DNA of 64,000 nucleotides from a virus: IMG/VR virus record IMGVR_UViG_3300044712_000732, positions 317,776 to 381,775 of that record; one strand, 5' to 3'. Shown piece by piece: positions 1 to 9,853 of this stretch (position 1 is its first letter; each line of letters starts with the position of its first letter). The notes under the pieces were generated by a model. It saw only the letters and a program-made list of their open reading frames with translations, ran no database searches and was not told where the DNA came from. The position numbers and the translations under genes were made by a program.

Positions 1-96
1 ATAAATTTGATATTTAAAACTTCAAGAATATATTTGCCTATAAGAAAAAATAAATTAAAAATTAATAATAATAATCATTATCTTACCTTTTTTAAT

Positions 97-1893
97 ATGG
101 AAGTAAAAAAACGATCAGAAATATCAGATGAATATAAATGGGATTTAACACATTTATATAAAAATTTAGATGAATTTGAAATAGATTACAAAAAAGTTGA
201 ATCTAATATTCAAAATATTAAGAACTTTGAAAATAAGATAATTTTTGAAAGAAAATTACCAATAACAATTAAAAATTGTTATGACTTAGTAGTTGATACA
301 AGCAAAACATTAAATAAATTGTTTGTTTATGTCGAAAGATATTTTGACCAGGAACAAAATAATGAAGATGCTGATATATTGATACAAAAAATATCAGATA
401 TAAATTCAATTTTTAATACAAGTATCGCATTTATTAATGATGATTTAATACATTTTGATGATGAAACAATTAATGTACTATTATCTTCAGAAATATTAAT
501 AGATTATCATTTTGATATTAAACATGTATTAAAACAAAAAAGTCATATATTATCAAAACCAGAAGAAGAATTGTTATCTAGAATATCTGATGTGTTTTCA
601 ACTTCAAGTGATGTTTATACAATTTTCAAAAATACCGAATTAAAATATTCATATACAACATTATCAGATGGAAATAATGTATTGATTGATGAACAAAATT
701 ATAAGGAAATACGTGAATCATCAATTAGAGAAGATAGAAAATTAACATTTGATACTTTTTGGAAAACATACGATGATTATAAAAACACCTTATCAAAATT
801 AATATTTAAATATATTAAAAGTATAGTGAATGATGTAAAAATAAGAAAATATAATTCTGCACTCGAATCTGCTTTATCATCAGAAAATATTCCAATTTCA
901 ATATATGATAATTTGATTAAAAATGTTTCAAAGAATTTAAATAAATTTTATGACTATTTAGATTTTAGAAAAAAAATATTAGGTTATGATGAACTAAATT
1001 ATTATGATTTATATAATCCAATAGTCGATAATATTGATTATAAGTATTCATATGATGATGCTAAAAAATTATTACTTGAATCCACATCAATTTTAGGTAA
1101 AGATTATACTAAAATAATGAAAAAAGCTTTATCTGAATATTGGATAGATGTTTTTCCAAACAAATTCAAAGACACAGGTGCTTATATGTGTGGTTCAGCG
1201 TATGATATACATCCTTATATTTTATTGAACTATAATGATAAATATAAGGATGTTTCAACATTGTGTCATGAATTAGGTCATGCGGGACATTCTGTATTAA
1301 GCAATGAAAATCAAATTTATAATAAAGCTAGTTATGCAACATTTATTGCGGAAATTGCATCAACAACAAACGAAATATTATTGTTTGATTATATGTATAA
1401 AAATACTGATGATAAACAGTTAAAGATATTTTTATTAAATCATTATATTGATAATTTTAGAACAACTGTTTTTAGACAAACAATGTTTGCTGAATTTGAA
1501 AATTTTATGTATAATACTGTTGAAAATGATGATGTATTAACATCATCCGTAATGAATGATAAATACTATGAATTACTCCAGAAATACCATAATGGTATGC
1601 TAATAGATAAATTATATGCTAATGAATGGTCACATGTTCCACACTTCTACTACAATTTTTATGTTTATCAATATTCAACAAGTTTTATATCATCTATAAT
1701 ATTATCAACCAAAATATTAAATGGAGATAAAGATCAACTAGATAAATATATGACATTATTAAAATCTGGTGGATCAGATTATCCTGTTGATTTGTTAAAA
1801 AATGCAGGAATAGATTTAACAGATGAAAAATGTTATGATATTGCATTTGATGAATTTTCTAAACATTTAAATGAATTAAAAAAATTGTTATGA
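97..1893 (+). CDS. pepF: Oligoendopeptidase F (M3B metallopeptidase). The track ORF begins at 7, but the likely start is the Met at 97 (MEVKK...).
   Basis: HEXXH zinc motif in CHELGHAGHS. Length and overall layout are typical of PepF/M3 oligopeptidases. Confidence 0.8.
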   Translation: MEVKKRSEISDEYKWDLTHLYKNLDEFEIDYKKVESNIQNIKNFENKIIFERKLPITIKNCYDLVVDTSKTLNKLFVYVERYFDQEQNNEDADILIQKISDINSIFNTSIAFINDDLIHFDDETINVLLSSEILIDYHFDIKHVLKQKSHILSKPEEELLSRISDVFSTSSDVYTIFKNTELKYSYTTLSDGNNVLIDEQNYKEIRESSIREDRKLTFDTFWKTYDDYKNTLSKLIFKYIKSIVNDVKIRKYNSALESALSSENIPISIYDNLIKNVSKNLNKFYDYLDFRKKILGYDELNYYDLYNPIVDNIDYKYSYDDAKKLLLESTSILGKDYTKIMKKALSEYWIDVFPNKFKDTGAYMCGSAYDIHPYILLNYNDKYKDVSTLCHELGHAGHSVLSNENQIYNKASYATFIAEIASTTNEILLFDYMYKNTDDKQLKIFLLNHYIDNFRTTVFRQTMFAEFENFMYNTVENDDVLTSSVMNDKYYELLQKYHNGMLIDKLYANEWSHVPHFYYNFYVYQYSTSFISSIILSTKILNGDKDQLDKYMTLLKSGGSDYPVDLLKNAGIDLTDEKCYDIAFDEFSKHLNELKKLL

Positions 1894-1947
1894 GGGAAAT
1901 ATTAATAAAAAATACCGAATTAAAACCAATCACTTTATAGTTGAATT

Positions 1948-2166
1948 ATGAAAAAATGTAGAATAATAGAAAGAATACGTTTAGATGGTAGAATAGTATA
2001 TACAATTCAACAAAAACATTATATATTTTTTTGGGAATGGGTTGATGGTTGGCTTAATAGTTGGGATGGTGCAGCATGTACTGATACTTTTAATACTTTA
2101 GAAGAAGCACAAAAAAATTTATGTTATTTTGATGGTAGTAAATGTAAAGAAAAAGTAATTCAATGA
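1948..2166 (+). CDS. Hypothetical protein, 72 aa
   Basis: ORF in the same strand block as its neighbours. Trp-rich, no recognisable motif. Confidence 0.4.
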   Translation: MKKCRIIERIRLDGRIVYTIQQKHYIFFWEWVDGWLNSWDGAACTDTFNTLEEAQKNLCYFDGSKCKEKVIQ

Positions 2167-2268
2167 AAAAAGAAAAACGCAATTTAATATTTATAGGAAT
2201 AATTACCATTTTAATTTTAATATTCGAATTAATATTTTTTTTAACATTATAAAAAACTATATAAAAAT

Positions 2269-2739
2269 ATGATATTAACATTAATTCAAGGATTAATATT
2301 TGTCACATATGTGATATTTATTTGGATAAAATTTAAAGGACCATTATCATCAATTTCTGAGTCTTGGTATAAATTGGGTGAACCACTCAATGTATTATTC
2401 ACATTGTTTTGTTTTTCAATTGGTATAATGATGCCATTTCATATAGTTGGAACAGTTCCTATATTTTTCTTTTTATCTGGTGCAGGATTATGTTTCACTG
2501 GTGCAGCAGCAATGTTCAAAGATGATAACATAACGTCAATTGTACATATGATAGGTGCAACTATTTGTGTTATTGGTGGATTATTGGGTATTGGTGTGGA
2601 ATTAGGTCATTGGATTCCAACAATTATTTTTATTATTTCTGCTAGTCTTCTTAGATTATTAAAAGTTAAAAATAATATATGGTGGATTGAAATTGTAGCA
2701 TTTGCATGTATTTTATCAGGATTATTAATATATGAATAA
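2269..2739 (+). CDS. Hypothetical multi-pass membrane protein, 156 aa
   Basis: Several hydrophobic segments. Abuts the next ORF. Confidence 0.5.
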   Translation: MILTLIQGLIFVTYVIFIWIKFKGPLSSISESWYKLGEPLNVLFTLFCFSIGIMMPFHIVGTVPIFFFLSGAGLCFTGAAAMFKDDNITSIVHMIGATICVIGGLLGIGVELGHWIPTIIFIISASLLRLLKVKNNIWWIEIVAFACILSGLLIYE

Positions 2740-3037
2740 TATTGAATCTGAAATAATCAGACTACAAGATATTGGATCAATTGAAGATATACTTGATTAT
2801 ATTTATAACTTAGAAGATGAATTATTAGATCGAAATTTTGAAAATTTTAATTTATTTCTTGGTGAAGTTGATGTAACACTTTTATCTGATACATCACTAC
2901 TTGGTATAGCTGTAATAACTGATCCCTGGAAAGATCAATTAAATAATCGTAAAAATTTCATCGAAAAATTGTTTGCTATAATAAATTCAAGATATAATAA
3001 AGATGATGCAATTCAACTTCTTTATGGAATTGAATAA
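2732..3037 (+). CDS. Hypothetical acidic protein, 101 aa
   Basis: ORF overlapping the previous stop. No motif. Confidence 0.45.
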   Translation: MNNIESEIIRLQDIGSIEDILDYIYNLEDELLDRNFENFNLFLGEVDVTLLSDTSLLGIAVITDPWKDQLNNRKNFIEKLFAIINSRYNKDDAIQLLYGIE

Positions 3038-3065
3038 TTAATTTTGGTAATTCAATTTATTTTCG

Positions 3066-3073
3066 TATCTTTG
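3066..3073 (+). promoter_or_regulatory. Bacteroidota-type -7 box TATCTTTG, part of the conserved promoter-leader cassette 3055-3095
   Basis: Reads TTTTCGTATCTTTG...ATTTAAAACAACAAT ending at ATG 3096. A TTTG lies about 20 bp upstream. Confidence 0.55.
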
Positions 3074-3095
3074 TTTCATCATTTAAAACAACAAT

Positions 3096-3356
3096 ATGAA
3101 AACATTGAAAATTTGGAATGGTCGAGGTCATAGAAAATACTATAATTATCACATTTATGTTGCAGCGTATACTATTAAACAAGCTGTTGAATTAATAAAT
3201 ACTGCTTGTGATTCTTGGATTACATCAAGAGAAATTGCTGTATATTATTCAAAGGGATGTTGGGGAAATTCTATGGATGGAATTATACCAACTGAACCGT
3301 GTGTATACGTTTTAAAGGAATATGATTATAATAATAAACCAATAAGGGTATTATGA
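3096..3356 (+). CDS. Hypothetical protein, 86 aa
   Basis: Preceded by the promoter cassette. ORF. Confidence 0.5.
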   Translation: MKTLKIWNGRGHRKYYNYHIYVAAYTIKQAVELINTACDSWITSREIAVYYSKGCWGNSMDGIIPTEPCVYVLKEYDYNNKPIRVL

Positions 3357-3811
3357 AGGTAAATAAACTTATTCGTGGGGAAAATTATCGTTATTATGTT
3401 GATTTAAACCACAATAAAATGACCGCAAATATTAGATATTTTCGTGATGATACCCCAATTGAATGTAAAATTAGTGATGATTTAAAATATATTATTTTAC
3501 CATCTACTATAATTCCATTTAATCGGGATAGCGAAATTTCGATTCAAAAATTAAAATTTAATAAATATCAACAATCAGAAATTAAAGATTGTAATCCCTA
3601 TTTTTTTAAAAAAGCAAAAGAATTGAAAACAGAAATACTTGTCAATCCATATTATCAGATGATGATAAAAAATGCTGCAATATATTTAAGATCACAAGAC
3701 CCATTAAATCCCGATACTTTAAATGCTTTTCAAATAAGTGAAGCAATTGCAATATGCACTTGTAAGTTAAAAGAAGATGTAATTTCAGATATAATTAGTG
3801 TAAAACTTTAA
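3353..3811 (+). CDS. Hypothetical protein, 152 aa
   Basis: ATGA overlap with the upstream ORF. Confidence 0.5.
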   Translation: MKVNKLIRGENYRYYVDLNHNKMTANIRYFRDDTPIECKISDDLKYIILPSTIIPFNRDSEISIQKLKFNKYQQSEIKDCNPYFFKKAKELKTEILVNPYYQMMIKNAAIYLRSQDPLNPDTLNAFQISEAIAICTCKLKEDVISDIISVKL

Positions 3812-3822
3812 ATTAAACAATT

Positions 3823-4110
3823 ATGAAAAACAAGAATTTTTTATTTATGTGTACCTTTATGGTACTAATTTTTTTAGCATCTTGTGCTGATGTAACTAAT
3901 GTTAGTGCGTGTGCAACCACAGAACCATATGGTTTTTGGGGTGGTTTGTGGCATGGTATGGTTTCTCCGATCAGTTTTATTGGAAGCTTATTTAGTGATC
4001 ATATTGCTATGTATGCACATAATAACAATGGACATTGGTATGATTTTGGATTTACCCTTGGTGCTGGTATATTGGGTGGTGGTATCGGTTTTACCCGTCG
4101 TAGGAGATAA
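3823..4110 (+). CDS. Putative lipoprotein with a glycine-zipper C-terminus, 95 aa
   Basis: Signal peptide with a LASC lipobox. The segment GAGILGGGIGF is rich in Gly and Ala. Confidence 0.5.
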   Translation: MKNKNFLFMCTFMVLIFLASCADVTNVSACATTEPYGFWGGLWHGMVSPISFIGSLFSDHIAMYAHNNNGHWYDFGFTLGAGILGGGIGFTRRRR

Positions 4111-4113
4111 GAT

Positions 4114-4620
4114 ATGAAAGCAAGAATAACATTAATAATAAGTATATTAGCAATTGTTCTTTATATTGTTTTTGGTATTATATCGAACAACAAATACGAT
4201 ACTGAATTTGGTGCAAATTGGCAATTGTCAAAAAAAACTGCAACAATTGAACAAAAATCGGTTTATATTGATAAATTTGTTCAAGATATAGAAAAAGGTG
4301 GATTTGGTGGTAAATTTGATGCAATTTTTAATCCTAATGATAATAACAGCTACGAACAAAATCTAATTGCATTAAAAACATTGCAGCAAAGATTGCACGA
4401 ACTTAAATCGTTGCCTATGACATCATTTGATTATAATACTGCATTACAACAATTATCAGAACAGCAAGGTGATATATCTTCCAATATGATATATACATTT
4501 AGTGGAATTTGGTATAAAGAACATTACATTTTACTTTGGAATTGGATTTGTTTTGTCGGTGTTATATTTTTCATAATTCTAATTATTTGTTCTTGGATTA
4601 GTATATCAGAAGAATGGTAA
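4114..4620 (+). CDS. Hypothetical membrane protein, 168 aa
   Basis: Transmembrane segments at the N- and C-termini. Followed by a terminator. Confidence 0.5.
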   Translation: MKARITLIISILAIVLYIVFGIISNNKYDTEFGANWQLSKKTATIEQKSVYIDKFVQDIEKGGFGGKFDAIFNPNDNNSYEQNLIALKTLQQRLHELKSLPMTSFDYNTALQQLSEQQGDISSNMIYTFSGIWYKEHYILLWNWICFVGVIFFIILIICSWISISEEW

Positions 4621-4649
4621 TTTTGAAATAATTACAAACAAAAACAAAA

Positions 4650-4677
4650 AAAGTCAGAATTTTCTGACTTTTTTTTG
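4650..4677 (+). terminator. Rho-independent terminator
   Basis: Hairpin AAGTCAGAA/TTCTGACTT followed by a T7 run. Confidence 0.6.
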
Positions 4678-4698
4678 TTTGTATATTGATAAAAATTG

Positions 4699-4706
4699 TA
4701 TATTTG
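4699..4706 (+). promoter_or_regulatory. Candidate -7 box TATATTTG
   Basis: Matches TAnnTTTG. A TTTG lies about 17 bp upstream. The leader to the next ATG (4824) is long, about 118 nt. Confidence 0.3.
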
Positions 4707-4823
4707 TACTGTAATCAACGACAATGAAAAGGACATATAAAGGGATCAAAGTTCAAAAAGAAACCATCTTTGCTGTGATAAAGATATACCATCAAAATAT
4801 ATTACAAAAATAATTGAATTTTA

Positions 4824-5093
4824 ATGACAAAGGAATCTAGAAAAATTGCAAGAAAAAAAGGATATAAATATTTGTTTCCTACTGATATTTCCATTCAAAA
4901 ATGGTTACGAAATAAACATAAAATAAATATTAACATCGGTCATAGGACACATTCCCAATTATATTATTTTCATATAACTGGATCATATCACATAGGTGAA
5001 AATGGTTTGTTGTATTCCGAAGTATTCGGAAAATATAAAACATATGAAGAAGCATTGAAAAAAGCTGTTGAAGAAGCATTAAAACTAATATGA
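4824..5093 (+). CDS. Hypothetical protein, 89 aa
   Basis: ORF whose stop overlaps the next start (ATGA). Confidence 0.4.
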   Translation: MTKESRKIARKKGYKYLFPTDISIQKWLRNKHKININIGHRTHSQLYYFHITGSYHIGENGLLYSEVFGKYKTYEEALKKAVEEALKLI

Positions 5094-5920
5094 TGAAAAC
5101 AATCGAAAAAATCACAGAATTCATAAGATTATATGGAACAAAATCAAGTGATTATTTATATTTAGGAATTAGAAGTGGTGAATTTATTATTGATGGAAGA
5201 GAATTTGCTGAAGAATACGAAGATTTATCGAGCAAAGCACCATGTCAAATAGATTATATTGCACTTAATAGTGATGATTTTTCCCCATGGTTTAATATGT
5301 TTACTATATTTTCAACACATTATCTACTTATGTCTAATGATAAATATAATTTAGATGCTGTTGATGAAAAAATATTAAAGGATATATTAAAATATTTGGA
5401 AGAAAAGTTTAAAAATAAACCGATTTCAGATAAAAGAAAAAAGGATTTAATGAAAGGAAAATGGTTGTCAAGAATTGGATGGGGTTGGTATTTTCCAAAA
5501 CTTACCCCCGAAACTGACATCACTGCATCGAATCCAGGCTTTACTAATTTTAATGATTTAATTGATTGTAGTTATTGTTGTTTTAATGAAGATGATAAAT
5601 ATAATTTAAAAGATTTTGGAACAAATGATTTAGATGAATTTGCATTAAAAATATTAAATTTAATAGATAAAAATTTAGCATTTTTACTTAGAGTTCAATA
5701 TCCAACCTATAAAGATTTGTTTTCATCAGCTTACCTCGCTAGACAAGATAACGAACGTTGGAAAAGATGGAATGATATTATACCACTTATAAATAAAAAA
5801 ATAGATTCATTGATTTCTAAAGAAGAAGTAAATAGAATATTGGAAATTGATCCGAATGTTGCATTAAAGAAAACAGACAATCCCGAAAAATTATATCTTA
5901 AAGATAAATATTTGAAGTAA
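5090..5920 (+). CDS. Hypothetical protein, 276 aa
   Basis: Long ORF in an AT-rich context. Confidence 0.55.
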   Translation: MMKTIEKITEFIRLYGTKSSDYLYLGIRSGEFIIDGREFAEEYEDLSSKAPCQIDYIALNSDDFSPWFNMFTIFSTHYLLMSNDKYNLDAVDEKILKDILKYLEEKFKNKPISDKRKKDLMKGKWLSRIGWGWYFPKLTPETDITASNPGFTNFNDLIDCSYCCFNEDDKYNLKDFGTNDLDEFALKILNLIDKNLAFLLRVQYPTYKDLFSSAYLARQDNERWKRWNDIIPLINKKIDSLISKEEVNRILEIDPNVALKKTDNPEKLYLKDKYLK

Positions 5921-5935
5921 TAATTATTTATTTCA

Positions 5936-6100
5936 TTAATTTAAAAATATGTTTTTTTGATTAGTCAATTTGTCTAAATCTGACAATTTTATTTTATTTT
6001 TTTGACACAATGAATAAATAAAGTAAAATGGAATTACTATTCGTAATAGTAATCCCATTATCACTTCAAATATTCGTAATATGAGTTTAAAAATTATCAT
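5936..6100 (-). CDS. Small hypothetical protein, about 54 aa. Not in the ORF track.
   Basis: Translated by hand from the minus strand. A promoter cassette (CAAAGATA at 6125-6132) lies 25 nt upstream of its ATG. Confidence 0.3.
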   Translation of the reverse strand: MIIFKLILRIFEVIMGLLLRIVIPFYFIYSLCQKNKIKLSDLDKLTNQKNIFLN

Positions 6101-6124
6101 TGGATTGTTGTTTTAATTGTAGTA

Positions 6125-6132
6125 CAAAGATA
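6125..6132 (-). promoter_or_regulatory. -7 box TATCTTTG on the minus strand
   Basis: Reverse complement of GTACAAAGATAC, with the AATTAAAACAAC leader. Confidence 0.4.
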
Positions 6133-6165
6133 CAAAAAACAACCCACATATACAAGTTTAATAAG

Positions 6166-6411
6166 TTAAATTCTTAAATTCTGCATAAAAATATTACCAG
6201 GAATTTTTCCACCCAAACCTAGCCACATTTTATCTGAACTATATTTCAAATCAGTACTATTGATCTTTCTTCCCAACAAATCTTCGATACATTCATCACA
6301 TAATATATCAGATTTATTTGCAATAGATAACCACAAATCATCTTTCAACATCACCATGTTTTCACCAACATAGATTTCAGTTTTACACTTTTGACATTTA
6401 CACTGTCCCAT
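6166..6411 (-). CDS. Hypothetical zinc-ribbon-like protein, 81 aa
   Basis: CKCQKC...CDEC cysteine pairs. Confidence 0.45.
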   Translation of the reverse strand: MGQCKCQKCKTEIYVGENMVMLKDDLWLSIANKSDILCDECIEDLLGRKINSTDLKYSSDKMWLGLGGKIPGNIFMQNLRI

Positions 6412-6928
6412 TTTTAAAAAATAAATTTTCTTTGTTAAAAGATATTATTTCATTGTCACCAACATAGATTTGTTTTACTTCATCAACAATATCGGTTAAA
6501 TCAATAGATTCTTTGATGGCATAAGCAAATAATTTATTAGATTGTTCAATGACATCAAAACTTTCACGAATACCATATAAATAAGCTTCATCAACTTCTG
6601 AAATAATCATTCCGGTATAAAAACCATTAAGCTTATATCTTTCAAAAAACTTATCAGCATTACACCAAATCCCAACACACAATTTTGCTCGTAATAAATA
6701 AACTAATTCACTAGAAATAATAAAGATATTACGTTTAAAATCATATAGACCATCTTCACTACCATGCCCAAGCATAATGATTCTATCATGATGTATTATT
6801 TCACGTTTTAACTGACTTTTAGATATATTTTCAGTTATAATAGTCCAATCTTTATCCTTATAAATATCAGATAAAAAATCAGTCGTTGTATCCTTTGGGT
6901 GTATTACTAATGTATTCATATTAATCAC
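6398..6928 (-). CDS. Hypothetical protein, 176 aa
   Basis: ORF overlapping its neighbours. Confidence 0.5.
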   Translation of the reverse strand: MINMNTLVIHPKDTTTDFLSDIYKDKDWTIITENISKSQLKREIIHHDRIIMLGHGSEDGLYDFKRNIFIISSELVYLLRAKLCVGIWCNADKFFERYKLNGFYTGMIISEVDEAYLYGIRESFDVIEQSNKLFAYAIKESIDLTDIVDEVKQIYVGDNEIISFNKENLFFKNGTV

Positions 6929-7140
6929 TTTAAATGATCACATAATGATAAGCTCCAATATTCTTTTTTGGTAAAAGTTGAAAATCGACTATCTGATGTT
7001 AAATACATTTCATTTAATACTTCAATACCATAAATTTTTATTAATTTACTTACAGCTTGAATTGCATCAGACACATTTTCAATTTTTAATGTAAATTGGT
7101 TTGTGTCAACAATATAACCAATTAATTTTTTATATTTCAT
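6925..7140 (-). CDS. Hypothetical protein, 71 aa
   Basis: Minus-strand promoter cassette directly upstream. Confidence 0.5.
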   Translation of the reverse strand: MKYKKLIGYIVDTNQFTLKIENVSDAIQAVSKLIKIYGIEVLNEMYLTSDSRFSTFTKKEYWSLSLCDHLK

Positions 7141-7163
7141 ATCTTGTTGTTTTAATTAGGATA

Positions 7164-7171
7164 CAAAGATA
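7164..7171 (-). promoter_or_regulatory. -7 box TATCTTTG on the minus strand (cassette copy)
   Basis: The minus strand reads TTTTTTTCGTATCTTTGTATCCTAATTAAAACAACAAGATATG. Confidence 0.55.
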
Positions 7172-7196
7172 CGAAAAAAATTACACTTACGCAAAT

Positions 7197-7499
7197 TTAA
7201 ATAATATCTTCATCAATTACAGAACATATTCCGGTTTCATTGCCTTCGATTGTAATATATTTGAAATAAAATTCGGCAATTTTAATGTCATAATTTTCGT
7301 TATTCCAATTTATAAATTCTTCGAGTGTTAATTCGAAATCAATTTCATTTCGCATGAAATAACCAAATCGTTTAACAATATGATCTTTAAATTTTTTATA
7401 ACTTATATTATCATCAATTGGGCATACAATACCAAGGTCTTCGTTTTTTACTTTATTGTTTAAATTTATTCCAAATTTAGGAAAAACAACTTCTTTCAT
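7197..7499 (-). CDS. Hypothetical protein, 100 aa
   Basis: ORF. Confidence 0.45.
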   Translation of the reverse strand: MKEVVFPKFGINLNNKVKNEDLGIVCPIDDNISYKKFKDHIVKRFGYFMRNEIDFELTLEEFINWNNENYDIKIAEFYFKYITIEGNETGICSVIDEDII

Positions 7500-7504
7500 A
7501 TCTT

Positions 7505-7771
7505 TTATAATAAGTCAATATTTACACCAAACTCTGTTAAATATTGACGTAAAGTTTTTTTAGTATCATGTTCTATTCTTGTGCCAAAACTAATAAAATC
7601 ATTATGGTGTGATTGAACACTAATATCTAGGAATTCATCTTTATTTTCAAACATACCATGCTTTTTATCTGTTGTGTGTAATATCGCTTTTTTTAAATCA
7701 GCAATATTATTAATACGTCCAAAATATGCATTTGAATCGTAAAAAAATGACGGAAATTTTTTCATAATCAA
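7505..7771 (-). CDS. Hypothetical protein, 88 aa
   Basis: ORF. Confidence 0.45.
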   Translation of the reverse strand: MIMKKFPSFFYDSNAYFGRINNIADLKKAILHTTDKKHGMFENKDEFLDISVQSHHNDFISFGTRIEHDTKKTLRQYLTEFGVNIDLL

Positions 7772-7929
7772 AATTATTTATTATATAACAATATTTGTTG
7801 AATTTTAATAATAACAAGTTGTAATTCAGCAATTCTACCTTCTGTAATTCTACTTTGTTTTCTATCTTCAAGTACTTTCATTCTTTCTAATAGTTCTTTG
7901 TATAATTCAACCATAATAATTAATATTTA

Positions 7930-8415
7930 TTAAAATAAATCAGTTGAATTGAATAATTCATCAGTATCCTTTTTATAAGAATCTAAATATGAAATATCAA
8001 CTTTCCATTGTTTTTCTGATCGTTTTTTCCAAATTTTAAAAGATTCTATAATATAATTATCAGCCATAGTAGAAGTTATATTATTTACTTTCATTAGTTG
8101 TCTAATAACTTCAGGTTCTTTGCCATTTATTCGGGCAAATCCAACGTGTTTAACCTGATGACATTGTGGGCATAATGCTATAAATCCAATTAATGTTTGA
8201 ATATGTAATTTATCATCATATTCCCAAATTTCATGGCATTCAACAGGATATTTTCTTCCTTGATTTAGTCCAGTATTTCCACATATTTCACACCGATATT
8301 TCGCACGTTTATAACATTTTTTCTTAATTATTTCCCATTCTGTTGTTGTAACAGCACTACGAACATTATTATAATATGATGTTTCTGGAACTAATTCAAT
8401 TGTGAGTTTGTACAT
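7930..8415 (-). CDS. HNH-type nuclease-like protein, 161 aa
   Basis: CEICG...ECHEIW...CPQCHQVKH, which resembles the Cys/His pattern of an HNH zinc finger. Confidence 0.5.
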   Translation of the reverse strand: MYKLTIELVPETSYYNNVRSAVTTTEWEIIKKKCYKRAKYRCEICGNTGLNQGRKYPVECHEIWEYDDKLHIQTLIGFIALCPQCHQVKHVGFARINGKEPEVIRQLMKVNNITSTMADNYIIESFKIWKKRSEKQWKVDISYLDSYKKDTDELFNSTDLF

Positions 8416-8416
8416 A

Positions 8417-8728
8417 TTATACTGATTCTAATACACGTAATTGATTGATTCCACGTAATTGATTATCAGCAGGAATATCATCACCATCCCAAATTAAATC
8501 TTCATTCAAATCTTTATATATTTTATAACCTACTAATTTTTGAACTAATTCGGTTTCAATCGAATCCAATGCATCTTGCCTAATATTAAATCCAATTGTT
8601 CTGTGAACTTTAGATCTAAATCTAAATAAATCTTCAGGATTCCCCCCTGGAAATGGATGTTCGAAATAAAGGATTGGATGATAAGTTTGATCTTTTGAAT
8701 TGAACAACATCATAATTAAAGCTTTCAT
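8417..8728 (-). CDS. Hypothetical protein, 103 aa
   Basis: ORF. Confidence 0.45.
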   Translation of the reverse strand: MKALIMMLFNSKDQTYHPILYFEHPFPGGNPEDLFRFRSKVHRTIGFNIRQDALDSIETELVQKLVGYKIYKDLNEDLIWDGDDIPADNQLRGINQLRVLESV

Positions 8729-8729
8729 A

Positions 8730-8966
8730 TTAATATTTATTAAGTGTTTCTACAATATAATTGGCAAATTCGTTTTGGATTTTTGTTGCTGTTTGACTAT
8801 CCAAATTTAATTCAATAATTTTTCTTTGTAATTCTTCTGTTAAATTAATCGCATTTGGATATAATATATGTAATGGAAAATCAAACGCTCTACCATAATC
8901 AGAAGTGAATACTAATCCACAATCATACATTAACAGAAACTTAAAATAATCTTTAAATGTTTTCAT
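8730..8966 (-). CDS. Hypothetical protein. The track ORF extends to 9062, but an internal Met at 8966 avoids the overlap.
   Basis: The track ORF overlaps the Thg1-like gene by 110 nt. The start is uncertain. Confidence 0.35.
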   Translation of the reverse strand: MKTFKDYFKFLLMYDCGLVFTSDYGRAFDFPLHILYPNAINLTEELQRKIIELNLDSQTATKIQNEFANYIVETLNKY

Positions 8967-9780
8967 TTTCAATTTTATTAATGATTGGTTCAGCATCAAA
9001 GAAAATAACATCTTCTTTATTTGTAATTTTATTGAATATTGGATATTCAATTTCCGTAACAACAGACCTAGTTATTATTAAATCTGGGTTTTTGTGTGCA
9101 TTATGTTTAGATGGTAATTTATCTAATTCTTCTTTTGTAAACGGTTTAGATGTTACAATCCTTTTAATATATGTTCCACGCTTATACTTAATTTCTAAAT
9201 CATTCCAATTTATATCTTTTTCAAGCATTAACATATCTTGCATTTCACTAGTATTGACTTTATTAAGTCTATCGTGTGAAAAATAATGTTGTGCAACCAT
9301 AGAAATACTATTTCTTGTTGCATCATTTTCTCGCCAAAGTAATTGTAATGTTGCATCATATAATGATGGAACTTGATAAATTCTACAATCAAAATTAGCT
9401 AATTTATTATGCTTTGGTAATAATGTTTTTCTTCTTTCATTGAAAAAAGTTACACATTTACCAGTTAATTTTGATAAAATTTTTTGTTTTTTACCATCAT
9501 TGTATATAGACATCTTTTTATCGGAAGAATATAATATCAAGGTTATTTCATCAGATTGTGTGTATGATACAACTGCATTTGTTTCTTTAGTTAAAAATTT
9601 AGCAGTTTCAATCATTAGTTGTGATAAATTTTTATCAAATGGTTTTTCTAATCCTTTGGTCCATGTTGAAAAATTCTGACCATCGAGTCTGATGATTACA
9701 GGTAATGTTGGTATCATTATTTCTGGTGAAAAGTTTTTTTCTAGCCATTTACACCAATCTTCTAATTTTTTAAATTCCAT
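8953..9780 (-). CDS. Thg1-like protein (tRNA-His guanylyltransferase family, tRNA 5'-end repair), 275 aa
   Basis: PVIIRLDGQNFSTW...EKPFDKNL...YTQSDEITLIL matches the Thg1 core. The parallels are VVRxDGRNFhxF and QSDEIS. Confidence 0.7.
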   Translation of the reverse strand: MEFKKLEDWCKWLEKNFSPEIMIPTLPVIIRLDGQNFSTWTKGLEKPFDKNLSQLMIETAKFLTKETNAVVSYTQSDEITLILYSSDKKMSIYNDGKKQKILSKLTGKCVTFFNERRKTLLPKHNKLANFDCRIYQVPSLYDATLQLLWRENDATRNSISMVAQHYFSHDRLNKVNTSEMQDMLMLEKDINWNDLEIKYKRGTYIKRIVTSKPFTKEELDKLPSKHNAHKNPDLIITRSVVTEIEYPIFNKITNKEDVIFFDAEPIINKIENENI

Positions 9781-9853
9781 TATTTTTAATATTATTAAAG
9801 TTATTTCAAAGTTAATAATTTTTTTTATTTTGTTAATTTTTTGTTTATTATTT

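Noticed and set aside
7-96. A 30-aa N-terminal extension of pepF from the upstream Met at 7.
   Set aside because: The extension is Asn/Lys-rich low complexity, and PepF homologues begin close to the MEVKK... Met at 97. The start is left as uncertain, not as a separate feature.
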